From the NCBI GenBank assembly GCA_044356215.1, contig JBIKWQ010000033.1, positions 1 to 33,392 of the forward strand: 33,392 bases of DNA. Direction: 5' to 3'. This stretch comes from Bdellovibrionota bacterium. GTDB taxonomy: Bacteria > Bdellovibrionota_C > UBA2361 > OMII01. Of the stretch, positions 9,018-18,371 are shown piece by piece; within the stretch, counting starts at the first letter, position 1, and each line of letters begins with the position of its first letter. The position numbers and the translations under genes are program-made. Below the pieces are notes generated by a model, which did not search any database, had not been told where the DNA came from, and saw only the letters and a program-made list of their open reading frames with translations.

Positions 9018-11759
9018 ATGAGTATCAATCGGTTACAGCGCCAGCGACTATTCCAAGATGAGGAGCTCTTTAACAAGCTGCTCCCCTTCGCGAGATATGA
9101 TCAGGAGAACCAGATCTTTGTTCACACTGACGCTTCGCTCTGGTCTATCTGGGAGCTTCAACCGAAATGGATCACAAAGGTTTCTGATGCCGAAGCTTTC
9201 CAGCTCTGCGAGCGCGTTCAGGAGATGTTGGACTCCTTAGAGCATACCTTCTCAGCGCAATTCTGCTGGATTACCACCTTCGATGTAGAGGATCTGTTGC
9301 GAGATTGCATGAATCGATATCCCCTCTCGGGTCCGTCCGGCTGGATGGCAAAGAGGTGGATCCGTTCAATCAGAATGGCGAGTCAAAGCCGCTCTCTTCA
9401 CAGACGACCACGAAAGCTCAGATTGTACGCGTGTTTTAGGTACGATCCACCGTGGCAGGGAAAGGGCTTGGCCGAGCAGCTTGCTAGGACGCTAAAAATG
9501 TTTTTCTATGGGGCCGTCGGCCAGAGCGCTGAACAGCGCTATACCGAGTACATGGGCTTCGCCAATAAATTTAAAGGCGTGATGGATGGCACAGCGGCCA
9601 AATTGGCCGACCTGGGATTCTATCCAAGACGTGTTGATGGTCAGGGCTTGATAAATGTTCTCTACCCTATCCTGAACAGGCGCAGCGTTAAGCCTGGAAA
9701 GTATCGTCGCGGCAGAGGCACAGCTATTCCGGTTCCAGAGTACGATCCAGAGGATTTACTAGCTAACCAGATCTCAGAGACCCACGTGGAGCATCCGCGT
9801 GACGGAATCATCAGAAAGGATGGACGGGTGTTCCGCTCCGTGTCGATGGTGAAACCGCCGAAGATGTGCATGCCTCTAATGATAGCGCCACTGCAGTCGG
9901 CTCCTTATGAGAATATTCTTAGCGTGACATTCTCAAAGGAGCCTAAGGAGCGTCAGCTAGAACGACTTGACAGACTAGACGGAACGCTGGGTATGCGCGA
10001 AAGGAGCTGGTCGGGACGCTCCAATCAAAAGGTAATCCATCAGATCGCGTCGATCAGACAAGCTAGGCAGGAGTTATACAACTCGCGCGAGCAGATAGTT
10101 GATGTTGGAGTTCACCAGACCTTCATATGCCAAAACGACGACGAGGCGGTTCGAGCGACATCTGAGGCGATCGCCTCATTCCCGCAGCTTAACGGAGCAC
10201 GCGGTATGGCGCACGAGATCTCCGACATGGCAGTTCTGATCAACTCACTTCCTGGCGCTTACGATCCATCGACAGACGGCTCGGGGTGGACAACCACTGT
10301 TCAGTCCTCGCGAGCGGTGCGGATGTTTCCGCTATGGGGCAATTGGCGCGGGAGCGCCGGTAGTCAGATACTCCTCCCAAGTTTGTGGAATCGAGAACTC
10401 GTCGGATTTGATTTATTCGACTCAAATATAGCCCCAAACGTTCTGATAAGCGGAGTATCGGGAGCTGGTAAGAGTTATCTGATGTGCTTTCTGATCACTA
10501 TGCTTAATCGCGGACACTACTCAACCCTGTCAGATGGGCGCGTAGTCGCACGAAGTCCGATCACATTTATCTTTGATAAGGGTATGGTTGGACAGCCTTG
10601 CGGATTTGAGAAGATCGCCAAGCTGTTTGGAGGAAGGATATATGAGGCGACTCCGTCAAGAGCGCCAGCGATGAACTTCTTAGCTCGTCTGGGTGAGCTT
10701 ACCCCTGACGCGCGAAGCGATGATTACAAGGATTTGATCGATATGTGCGCGGATGTTATCTGCGACATGGCAACTGATGGCAATAATGTTCCGGATAGAC
10801 TCGAACGAGGAAGCGTATCAGAGTCCCTGATTGAGGCTCATCGTATTTACAGAAGCGGTCCGATGCGTCGAGAGTTTATCTTGAGCGACGTGGTGTCTGT
10901 ATTAAGAGCGCCACGGCGCGTTGACGAGACCGACGATGGCGCGAAGAGACGCCAACGAATCGCGGCATTAATAGCAGATTATTACGGAGAAGGTACCTAT
11001 GCCAGGTTCTTTGACCGCCCTGGATCTTTAAAGCTTAAGGAGCGCTTCATAGTCTTTGATCTCAAGGCATTGAGCAGAAATCCTGACCTTCAGAGGGTGT
11101 TTTTAAAGATTGCGATGGTTTGGGCTGATACAGTAATGAATGACCCGCGTGAGCTAGATACCCGTAAGGTTCTAGTATTCGACGAGGCGCATGAGCTGAT
11201 CGGTAAAACGCAAGCTTCGACGATAGAGACAGCTTTCCGACTTTACCGAAAGCGCAAAGGAATTGTGATCGCGGCTTCGCAATCTGGAGAGGACTTCTAT
11301 GTCGGTTCTGGTGGACAGGCTATCGTGCAGAACAGCGCGCATAAGATATTTCTCCGCCAGGATCCGAATAAGTTTCACTTAACGGCGCAGGCTTTTAACC
11401 TGAGTCCTCAACAAGCGGATGTAATTATGCGGTTGAGAACGATTAAGGGTGTTGAATCGCAGTTCTACCTCTCATCGGATATCGGTGAGGGTGCTCTGGT
11501 ATTGCCCGTAGAACCAGCCTTCTATTGGGTGAGTACCAATAACGGAGACGATAACCAGCTATTTACCGATGCCATGACCCGTCACAATGACGACTTCAGT
11601 AAGGCGCTTGAAGAGGTGGTGATGGTGGCCCCGTACGGAGCCAAGGAGTTGCAACAGCGGATGATGGGAGGCGGCGGCGCAGATGATTCCGAGTCGATGG
11701 ACGTAAGCGGCGCAATCAACTCAATGATGGACAGTGGGTTTAGAGATTCAAACATGTAG
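9018..11759 (+). CDS. traC: VirB4/TraC family T4SS ATPase
   Basis: 913 aa with Walker A (NVLISGVSGAGKS), FIFDKG, Walker B (VLVFDEAH), RLYRKRKGIVIAASQ and QNSAHKIFLRQ. Confidence 0.93.
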   Translation: MSINRLQRQRLFQDEELFNKLLPFARYDQENQIFVHTDASLWSIWELQPKWITKVSDAEAFQLCERVQEMLDSLEHTFSAQFCWITTFDVEDLLRDCMNRYPLSGPSGWMAKRWIRSIRMASQSRSLHRRPRKLRLYACFRYDPPWQGKGLAEQLARTLKMFFYGAVGQSAEQRYTEYMGFANKFKGVMDGTAAKLADLGFYPRRVDGQGLINVLYPILNRRSVKPGKYRRGRGTAIPVPEYDPEDLLANQISETHVEHPRDGIIRKDGRVFRSVSMVKPPKMCMPLMIAPLQSAPYENILSVTFSKEPKERQLERLDRLDGTLGMRERSWSGRSNQKVIHQIASIRQARQELYNSREQIVDVGVHQTFICQNDDEAVRATSEAIASFPQLNGARGMAHEISDMAVLINSLPGAYDPSTDGSGWTTTVQSSRAVRMFPLWGNWRGSAGSQILLPSLWNRELVGFDLFDSNIAPNVLISGVSGAGKSYLMCFLITMLNRGHYSTLSDGRVVARSPITFIFDKGMVGQPCGFEKIAKLFGGRIYEATPSRAPAMNFLARLGELTPDARSDDYKDLIDMCADVICDMATDGNNVPDRLERGSVSESLIEAHRIYRSGPMRREFILSDVVSVLRAPRRVDETDDGAKRRQRIAALIADYYGEGTYARFFDRPGSLKLKERFIVFDLKALSRNPDLQRVFLKIAMVWADTVMNDPRELDTRKVLVFDEAHELIGKTQASTIETAFRLYRKRKGIVIAASQSGEDFYVGSGGQAIVQNSAHKIFLRQDPNKFHLTAQAFNLSPQQADVIMRLRTIKGVESQFYLSSDIGEGALVLPVEPAFYWVSTNNGDDNQLFTDAMTRHNDDFSKALEEVVMVAPYGAKELQQRMMGGGGADDSESMDVSGAINSMMDSGFRDSNM

Positions 11760-11775
11760 TTTTATGGAGAGTTAT

Positions 11776-12072
11776 ATGAGAATTAACACATTTCTTCATG
11801 GTGCGGCCCTGCTAATAATCACGGTAACTGGTGTTGGCTGTGGTTGCTGCGGATCGTCAAAGTCGGAAGTTGTTAAGCCAGCTTTAGTGGAGTATCGTGT
11901 CCAGGATGTCCCAGGTGCCGTAGAGTACATCTGGGAGGAACCGATGGTCGATGTAGTTGATATACCCCCTGGCCTCGATCCTGAGGGGCATTATTACAGA
12001 CCAGGCCATCAAGAGGTGGTAGAGGTGCGACAAGGTAGGTGGCAATACTACAAACGGCCCAATTCGAAATAG
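11776..12072 (+). CDS. Small lipoprotein, second TraV-like protein
   Basis: GGAG RBS before the ATG at 11776. Hydrophobic leader ending GVGC(GCC). C-domain PMVDVVDIPPGLDPEGHYYRPGHQEVVEVRQGRW aligns by eye with the 8075-8521 C-domain. Confidence 0.65.
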   Translation: MRINTFLHGAALLIITVTGVGCGCCGSSKSEVVKPALVEYRVQDVPGAVEYIWEEPMVDVVDIPPGLDPEGHYYRPGHQEVVEVRQGRWQYYKRPNSK

Positions 12073-12093
12073 GATAGCTACCAATAGAAAGCT

Positions 12094-12441
12094 ATGAGTC
12101 TAATAAGTGTTAAAAATCTCTTCGGCCCCCTCGGTAACAAGTTTCAGATGGGTGGGCTGATAATAGCTGTGGCTCTCGTTTTGGCTATTAGGATGGGAAG
12201 CAGCCTACCATCTAGGGGGGATGATGACCGTGGATACGACCGTTCCGGTGTGGCCCCGGCTGCGCTAAGAGATTTTAGGAGAAATGAGAAAAATCAAAGG
12301 GGCCTGCCCTCAAAGACGACCGATGACGTTCTGGATAGCCTGATCGAAGGTAAGTTGGACGACAATGAGCCCCAGGATGAAGGCCAAAACGAGAAAGGCG
12401 AGTCATTTCAGGATATTAGAAAGTCTTTGGGCCTCGAATAA
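12094..12441 (+). CDS. Small single-pass membrane hypothetical protein
   Basis: One TM (GGLIIAVALVLAI) followed by an acidic/charged tail; 21 bp after the previous gene. Confidence 0.65.
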   Translation: MSLISVKNLFGPLGNKFQMGGLIIAVALVLAIRMGSSLPSRGDDDRGYDRSGVAPAALRDFRRNEKNQRGLPSKTTDDVLDSLIEGKLDDNEPQDEGQNEKGESFQDIRKSLGLE

Positions 12442-12604
12442 GGAGAGCTCGAGCAGTTTTTAGGCGTCTCCCTCCGCTAGCCTCGGATGCATTAATTTCA
12501 AAATCTTACCTGAAGCAGAAGTCGCTTAAGTCACGATAAGACTGAGACAGTTTCATAACGGATTATAGACTGTTCGGTTTTGGGCTGCCAGAAAGGACTA
12601 ACTC

Positions 12605-13645
12605 ATGTTCTTCAATGATTTTAAAGTAAATATGACAACCACTAAGCTGCGGGCCTCATTACGACTCGTCGTAGCTACTATGACCGTTCTCGAGCCGTTT
12701 CTCTGCGGAGCGGCTTCGGCTCAATTTAATGAAGCCGACATGGTTGATTCATTCGCTCCTGCTGAGGCGAGTCCAGCGGATTTTCACAACGAAAAATTCA
12801 AAGAGGCCGAGCTGGCGTTAACTCAAGGTCTAGCAAGGTCAATCGCGCCTGTTGCTCAAGAACGAAAACAACCAAATTTAAGGCAGGTGTCTGCAGTATC
12901 AAGCCCGAAAATAAAACCAGAGGTAAACGAGAATAGACATGGTGTGCCGGTTATCACGGATGGGCTCGGTGTTACTAATACTCAGATCGATCTGGACGAC
13001 TTCGCCGATACATCGCGAATGAAGGCGGAAAAGACTGAAAGGATCGCCAAAGTTTCTAAGCCGGTCGCTCCGATACAGGCCAAACCAGATGTTAAGCCGC
13101 AGGTTCAGGTTGTCCAAAACAAAAATTCTGAACAAGAGAAAGAGATCTCCGATTTACGACGGGAGCTAGCTGAGGCTCGGAGCTCATTAGCCGCGGCGGA
13201 ACTGGAGATATCGAGATTATCCAGCATTATTCAGGACTCAAGCAGGGCGCGACTAAATATAAAAGAGTCCCCGGCACTCTCTCAGCAAAAGAAGCCGTCG
13301 CAAAGCGAAACCGTGGCGCGAATCAATAGCAGACCGCCGGTACCACAAAATACCGCGCTGGCGAGCGGGCAGGATATCGGCTCAGACTTGCAGGTAGCAA
13401 TGGTATCCGTAGACAAAGCAGACCTTAGACTAGGACCAGGAAGAAATCACTCCGCGTTGATGAGCCTCAGAAGAGGCTCTCGGCTCGCGGTCGAGGCCCG
13501 TCAAGGTGAGTGGTATCGAGTTTTCGCTCCTAACGGCCAAAGGGCATGGATCCATTCAGCTCTAGTTAAGTTCGGAGACGGCGCTGCTAGCATGAACGAT
13601 GGCAGCTCCGTCAAAGTGAAGGGATATGATAGCGGTATTAGGTAG
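12605..13645 (+). CDS. Exported coiled-coil protein with C-terminal bacterial SH3 (SH3b) domain
   Basis: Signal-like N-terminus, coiled coil EISDLRRELAEARSSLAAAELEISRL, and SH3b signature ADLRLGPG..LRRGSRLAV..GEWYRV..GQRAWIH. Start uncertain (12605 or 12632). Confidence 0.8.
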   Translation: MFFNDFKVNMTTTKLRASLRLVVATMTVLEPFLCGAASAQFNEADMVDSFAPAEASPADFHNEKFKEAELALTQGLARSIAPVAQERKQPNLRQVSAVSSPKIKPEVNENRHGVPVITDGLGVTNTQIDLDDFADTSRMKAEKTERIAKVSKPVAPIQAKPDVKPQVQVVQNKNSEQEKEISDLRRELAEARSSLAAAELEISRLSSIIQDSSRARLNIKESPALSQQKKPSQSETVARINSRPPVPQNTALASGQDIGSDLQVAMVSVDKADLRLGPGRNHSALMSLRRGSRLAVEARQGEWYRVFAPNGQRAWIHSALVKFGDGAASMNDGSSVKVKGYDSGIR

Positions 13646-14180
13646 ACCTTCTAAACTACGGATTCTTTCGCCGCTTTACGCTATCATAACAGCGCTGAGC
13701 GGCATTTATCTTCCGTCAGATGCCCAAGCTGTTCCACTGATCGGTAGCGTGGGACAACAGATTAATTCCAATTTCGTTTACCCTGTCATGGGGCCACGAA
13801 CCTCAAGTAGCTTCGGGGCGCGCTGGCATCCGGTCAAGAAGAAAGTTAAGCGCCACCATCACGGAGTTGACTTAGCCGCTCCCAAGGGCTCAATAATAAG
13901 AGCCATAGCTGATGGTCAGATAATCTATTCAGACCCGCTGGGCGGCTACGGCAATCTGATCGTGATTAAGCACGCTAATGGCCTCACTAGTCACTACGGA
14001 CACTGCGACAAAACCCGCGTCTCTGTTGGTAGAGCAGTGAGAGCTGGCGATATAATCGGCACTGTAGGAAGCTCTGGCTTGTCCACCGGTCCGCATCTTC
14101 ATTTTGAGATCCGCCAGGATGGACAGCCGAAACACCCTGAACAGGTACTCCCCGGACTAGACCTCCCAGCGGCGGGATAA
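13626..14180 (+). CDS. M23 family metallopeptidase (peptidoglycan endopeptidase)
   Basis: SSSFGARWHP, HHGVDLAAP, GYGNLIVIKH and STGPHLHFEIR zinc-binding motifs; N-terminal signal sequence. Confidence 0.93.
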   Translation: MIAVLGRPSKLRILSPLYAIITALSGIYLPSDAQAVPLIGSVGQQINSNFVYPVMGPRTSSSFGARWHPVKKKVKRHHHGVDLAAPKGSIIRAIADGQIIYSDPLGGYGNLIVIKHANGLTSHYGHCDKTRVSVGRAVRAGDIIGTVGSSGLSTGPHLHFEIRQDGQPKHPEQVLPGLDLPAAG

Positions 14181-14239
14181 CTGCCAGTCGCAGCTCATAC
14201 TGAACACGCTTAGATTTAGGACAATACTCGCCCAATGTA

Positions 14240-14390
14240 CGAGCCTAACGTTTTTTTTAATCAGCAAATTTTTTTCAATAATTATGTCACACGTCGCTTT
14301 GATGTTAGCATAACCTATGTAGAAACTGGGGCGTGAAAGACCGCCGTATTTGAAGAGATAGAAATTAACATTTAATTTAAGGATTGTTTT
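14240..14390 (+). promoter_or_regulatory. AT-rich intergenic region, probable dedicated promoter/RBS for the pilin gene
   Basis: The 210-bp gap after the M23 gene contains poly-T/AT tracts, and AAGGA lies just upstream of the ATG at 14391. Promoter boxes not resolved. Confidence 0.4.
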
Positions 14391-14834
14391 ATGAAGGCTA
14401 AAATAACATCAATGTTTAACAAGACACGTGAGGCAGCTCTGGACCTTGGCAGAAAAGTGGCGGTAGCTAAACGCGCCCCATCAGAGGCACAAGGACGCAT
14501 GATACTCTTCACGTTCGGAATTGTATGTCTTGGTCTAGCGTTTTCTGACCACGCTCTCGCGAATGACTGGGCAGCGCGTTCCGGACAGGTTGAGGATACC
14601 CGTATCGCGCAGGCGGTAGCGACTCTCTTTACCTTCCTAGAGGGAAGCTTTGGAGCGTTAATCATGGCGGCTTCCGGAATCGGAGCTGTTCTCAGCGCCG
14701 CGTTCGGTCAGTACAAGGCCGCCCTAAGCTGTATGGTTGTGGCAGTGGGAGCTTTCATCCTCCGCTCGATGATGAACACGTTCTTCAACGTTACAAGCAT
14801 CGAAGGCCAGGGCGATTTCAGCTCGGTTAACTAA
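14391..14834 (+). CDS. VirB2/TrbC/TraA-like pilin precursor
   Basis: ~57-aa leader ending HALA. The mature part has LFTFLEGSFGALIMAASGIGAVLSAAFG-QYK-AALSCMVVAVGAFIL: two hydrophobic helices with a basic loop, typical of T4SS pilins. Confidence 0.75.
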   Translation: MKAKITSMFNKTREAALDLGRKVAVAKRAPSEAQGRMILFTFGIVCLGLAFSDHALANDWAARSGQVEDTRIAQAVATLFTFLEGSFGALIMAASGIGAVLSAAFGQYKAALSCMVVAVGAFILRSMMNTFFNVTSIEGQGDFSSVN

Positions 14835-14850
14835 ACAGCTAAGTCTGTTC

Positions 14851-14914
14851 GCGCCCGCGAGGGCGCTCTGCCCCCTGATTCACCGATAAGGCTGGGTCAG
14901 GGGGTTTCCTTTTT
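14851..14914. terminator. Hairpins between the convergent pilin and pseudokinase genes; probable terminator
   Basis: GCGCCC-GCGA-GGGCGC (14851-14866, GNRA loop). CCCCCTGA (14871-14878) pairs with TCAGGGGG (14897-14904) and is followed by TTTCCTTTTT. Confidence 0.45.
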
Positions 14915-17188
14915 GTAGCTCGCTAGCCGCTCTTTAATGATCTTCAAACAGTTCTCGTCCTTCTCATCTCGCTGCCGCTCGAGTAGTACGCTGCGGTCCG
15001 AATCGACCATCGGATCTAGGCGACCATACGCTAGCGCCCGGGCGAGTGGCTCCGGGTGCTTGGCCAATAATTTCAATACATCCAGGCTTGGGCTCCATGA
15101 CGCCTTCCTGAGATACCGAGCCGCCTCAAGATTAAAGACGTCAGAGGAGTCATACGAGGACCGAGCTAAAAGAATCAGTAAGACTCCTTCAGCCGGTGGA
15201 TTCAAATTAAACCACGCCGCTATGAATGGTACCCTACTCTCAGCCGGAAGCTTCAACGCGGATAGAAGCGATATCGTCTGCTCTCGGGTGAGTCCTGTTC
15301 CGGGGACGGCGAGAGTAACGAGAAGCCGCTCCACATCTTGTCCCTTAAAGCCCTCTCGCAATTTGACTATGGCGCTTTGGCGTACCTGATCGAGCGGAAA
15401 ACTAAGCAGATCTGACAAGCGAGCGGTGTTAATCCCGCTCTCTGGGAGATCTCCCATGATCAAAGATAGCTTATCAACGCTCTTGGCTTTCGCCCAACCT
15501 GCCAGATCTAACAGATCGAACCATCCTATCAGTGAGGATAGCTCACCGCCCTTTTCAGCTAGAGCCGAAAGCAGCTCCGCCGCTGCCGCTTCGTTTACAG
15601 AAACGGCTGGTCTGACTAGAGCTACCCTGGCAAGTAACTTCGCCGGATCGCTCTCTTCGCCTAAGAATCTCCTGAACGCCTCAGCCCGCGCATTTCCAGT
15701 AACGATCTCGGCCAATCCTGACACAGCAGGGTCTCCGAGATTGACGGCTCCCATCGCTTTTACCTGAGCGAACAACGAACCAAACGGTTCAGGTAATCGC
15801 GTCATGATTTCAATCGGCATCTGTTTAAATTCGGGTGACAACCCCTTGGCTCCACCTTGCCCAAGTAGCGCTAGTAAAACCCCTGGATGAAGGTCCCTTA
15901 CACCGCTAATCTGTGAACGACCCTCTGGGACTAACTGCTCTAAAGCAAACACCAAAGCCGCGTGCTTATCGATAGGTGTCAGATCCTCCCTCCAAGCATC
16001 GGCAAAAGCTACTCTCAGAAGCGCTCCGTTAACGTAATCCGGATTAGACCCGCTCAGAAGATCGTTGAGAATAGTATTAATTGCCGAGGGTTCCCTGCGG
16101 ATCGCCGCCGCTCTGCCGACTGAGGCCATCTCTACACGATTGCGGCTCGCCCAATTGGATTCGTACTCCGCAGAGTGTTGCGGGGCGACTAACGGAATCC
16201 TCGACGCAAGCTCATAATAAAGGGCCGGATAACGATCTTTGATAAACCAGACACCTCCAGAGAGCGCCAGCAAACACAATGCAATCGGTGTGATAATGGA
16301 CGTAGGACGGGACTCTTTCGATACCCCTTTGTTCAGAACTTCAAACGACCTATGGTCACCATCTGAGCGAGCTGCGCGACCACTGCTAGAGTTGCGAACT
16401 ACCCTTCCTGAATTAATCTGTTTGGTCGGATGGTCGAGCTCACCGGTGGCTCCCGCTGAACGCGCTGAGCTACCGCCTGCCCCGAATACTCTAGCTACCT
16501 CGGAGATAGCTGGGCGGCTGCGTGGATCCGAGAGCAACATCTGTTCAACGCAGCTCTCCTGTGCCTGGGTAAGCTCCTCACGCGCGAGAGTGCGGATAGT
16601 CCGGCCTAGACCGAAAATGTCGGATGCTTGAGCCGGTGACCTACCCTTTACGTTCTCCGGCGCTAGAAAGAGATCGCTTGAGTGATGTAACGTTCCCAGT
16701 AACGGATCAACCAGCAGCACTCCATCTTGTCTTAGCACTATGTTAGCCGGTGATATGTGACCATGCGCCGCGTTTCTATCGGCGAGTTCCTGAACCCTAG
16801 CGATCAAATTCCTAATAAGCTCAATCCGGGATATATCTCGCGGCAGAGCTCCACTTTCTAGAAGATCCTTTAGCGTCTCCTGAAAGTAAGGGCGCAGCAC
16901 CATAAAACGTCCTTCGCCTGGTAGAAGCTGAACCCTCTGTTGATTATCTGATAGGGAAGCGACCGACTCTAAGTCCGCCGCGATAGAGCGGGCTAGGTTA
17001 TCTCCGAGAGGCGCCGAGAACCGCGCGAGGCTGACCTTTCCGAGAGATAGCAAAAGCGGACGGATGTCCCACGACTCAGAGCCGAGCAGAACGTTCACAC
17101 ATACAGAACCAGGTGGGAAATGGCGACTATAGCTCTCCAGAACAGCTCTCTGACTGGGGCTTAAAGTTTCGGGTGAAAGCAACCTCAA
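14897..17188 (-). CDS. Membrane-anchored Ser/Thr kinase-like protein (probable pseudokinase) with large helical-repeat C-terminal domain
   Basis: AHGHISPANI (catalytic loop), LLVDP, LAPE, SDIFGLG and DPRSRP kinase subdomains. TM at ~aa 298-316 followed by a Leu/Ala-rich HEAT-like region. The TTG start directly follows the ispG stop. Confidence 0.75.
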   Translation of the reverse strand: MRLLSPETLSPSQRAVLESYSRHFPPGSVCVNVLLGSESWDIRPLLLSLGKVSLARFSAPLGDNLARSIAADLESVASLSDNQQRVQLLPGEGRFMVLRPYFQETLKDLLESGALPRDISRIELIRNLIARVQELADRNAAHGHISPANIVLRQDGVLLVDPLLGTLHHSSDLFLAPENVKGRSPAQASDIFGLGRTIRTLAREELTQAQESCVEQMLLSDPRSRPAISEVARVFGAGGSSARSAGATGELDHPTKQINSGRVVRNSSSGRAARSDGDHRSFEVLNKGVSKESRPTSIITPIALCLLALSGGVWFIKDRYPALYYELASRIPLVAPQHSAEYESNWASRNRVEMASVGRAAAIRREPSAINTILNDLLSGSNPDYVNGALLRVAFADAWREDLTPIDKHAALVFALEQLVPEGRSQISGVRDLHPGVLLALLGQGGAKGLSPEFKQMPIEIMTRLPEPFGSLFAQVKAMGAVNLGDPAVSGLAEIVTGNARAEAFRRFLGEESDPAKLLARVALVRPAVSVNEAAAAELLSALAEKGGELSSLIGWFDLLDLAGWAKAKSVDKLSLIMGDLPESGINTARLSDLLSFPLDQVRQSAIVKLREGFKGQDVERLLVTLAVPGTGLTREQTISLLSALKLPAESRVPFIAAWFNLNPPAEGVLLILLARSSYDSSDVFNLEAARYLRKASWSPSLDVLKLLAKHPEPLARALAYGRLDPMVDSDRSVLLERQRDEKDENCLKIIKERLASYKKETP

Positions 17189-17189
17189 A

Positions 17190-18371
17190 TTAAAGCCCGC
17201 GCTCCGCTACAATCTTTTTCATTTCAGCCCTTAGAATACTGACAATCTCCTCGTATGAGAACTGGCCTAATAAAGTCTCTCCCTTTTTAAGATTCACATG
17301 ATTAGGGGCGCACCAGAGTCCAAGATCGGCATCGTCAGTTTCTCCAGGGCCATTTACACGACACCCCATCACCGCGATCGTTAACTTCTTATCCGCAAAT
17401 TCGGCGGTCATCGCCTTAACTTTCTGGGCCAATTCAACGAATGCCTCATTCTCTACTCGAGAACAAGACGGACATGAGATAATATTAAGGCCGTCGTGCT
17501 CGAACTTCGGCACAGAGCGGAAACGGCCGGCATAGACATCCTCGATGATCTTCTTCGCTACCAAGATCTCTTGGTACTTCTCAGCGTGAGGTAACGTTAG
17601 AGAGACACGAAGCGTATCTCCGATTCCATTCGCTAGTAGATTTTCAAAAGCTACCCGTGTCTTGACTTCGCCCATTGGGAGCATGCCCGCCTCGGTTACC
17701 CCTAAGTGGAGAGGTATATCGGTAAACTCGTTGGCGAACCGGCGATTAATCTCGAGTACATCGTTGGGATCTGAACTCTTAAGAGACACCACGTAGTTCT
17801 GAAAGCCAAGGTCTTCGAGATATCCGATATGTTCCCTAGCGGACGTTAGAGCCACTTCAATCGGGTCCTCTCCCTTTTCGACCTGCGCCGGATCGAGCGA
17901 ACCAAAGTTGACCCCTATTCTTACCGCCAAATCATATTCGCGCGCCACACCGACGATGTACTTGACCTTCTCCGCGACTGGTGTCTCCTTTTCGTGATGA
18001 TACAGATGCCCCGGGTTATAACGGATTTTCTGCACGTAAGGAGCTACAGCTTTCGCGAGTTTGTAGCTTTCCTGCAGGTCGACAACTAATCGTGCATTCG
18101 TTTTCGGCCTGATGGCCGCCAGTGCCTCGACATCACGACGACTGTCGATCGCGATCCTGATCACGTCAGCGCCATGCTCTTGCAGCAGGGCGATCTGCCG
18201 CATAGTGGCGTCGAGGTCCTGAGTCTTGGTGGCGCACATCGACTGAACCGATATCGGCCCCTCACTTCCGATTATTAGGTCTCCTACTCTGACAGACCTA
18301 GTTTTGCGCCTGGTTATTTTTGGACCAGCGTTAATACCTACCAACTGCTGTACTGTGTTCGAGTCGTTCAT
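17190..18371 (-). CDS. ispG: 4-hydroxy-3-methylbut-2-en-1-yl diphosphate synthase (GcpE)
   Basis: [50 protein letters not shown] and [12 protein letters not shown]. Confidence 0.97.
   Translation of the reverse strand: MNDSNTVQQLVGINAGPKITRRKTRSVRVGDLIIGSEGPISVQSMCATKTQDLDATMRQIALLQEHGADVIRIAIDSRRDVEALAAIRPKTNARLVVDLQESYKLAKAVAPYVQKIRYNPGHLYHHEKETPVAEKVKYIVGVAREYDLAVRIGVNFGSLDPAQVEKGEDPIEVALTSAREHIGYLEDLGFQNYVVSLKSSDPNDVLEINRRFANEFTDIPLHLGVTEAGMLPMGEVKTRVAFENLLANGIGDTLRVSLTLPHAEKYQEILVAKKIIEDVYAGRFRSVPKFEHDGLNIISCPSCSRVENEAFVELAQKVKAMTAEFADKKLTIAVMGCRVNGPGETDDADLGLWCAPNHVNLKKGETLLGQFSYEEIVSILRAEMKKIVAERGL

Noticed and set aside
134..14834. Calling the cluster an ICE/conjugative element
   Set aside because: No relaxase, oriT, integrase, tRNA/att site or mating-pair stabilisation genes are visible. 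It cannot be fully excluded because the sequence left of position 1 is unseen.
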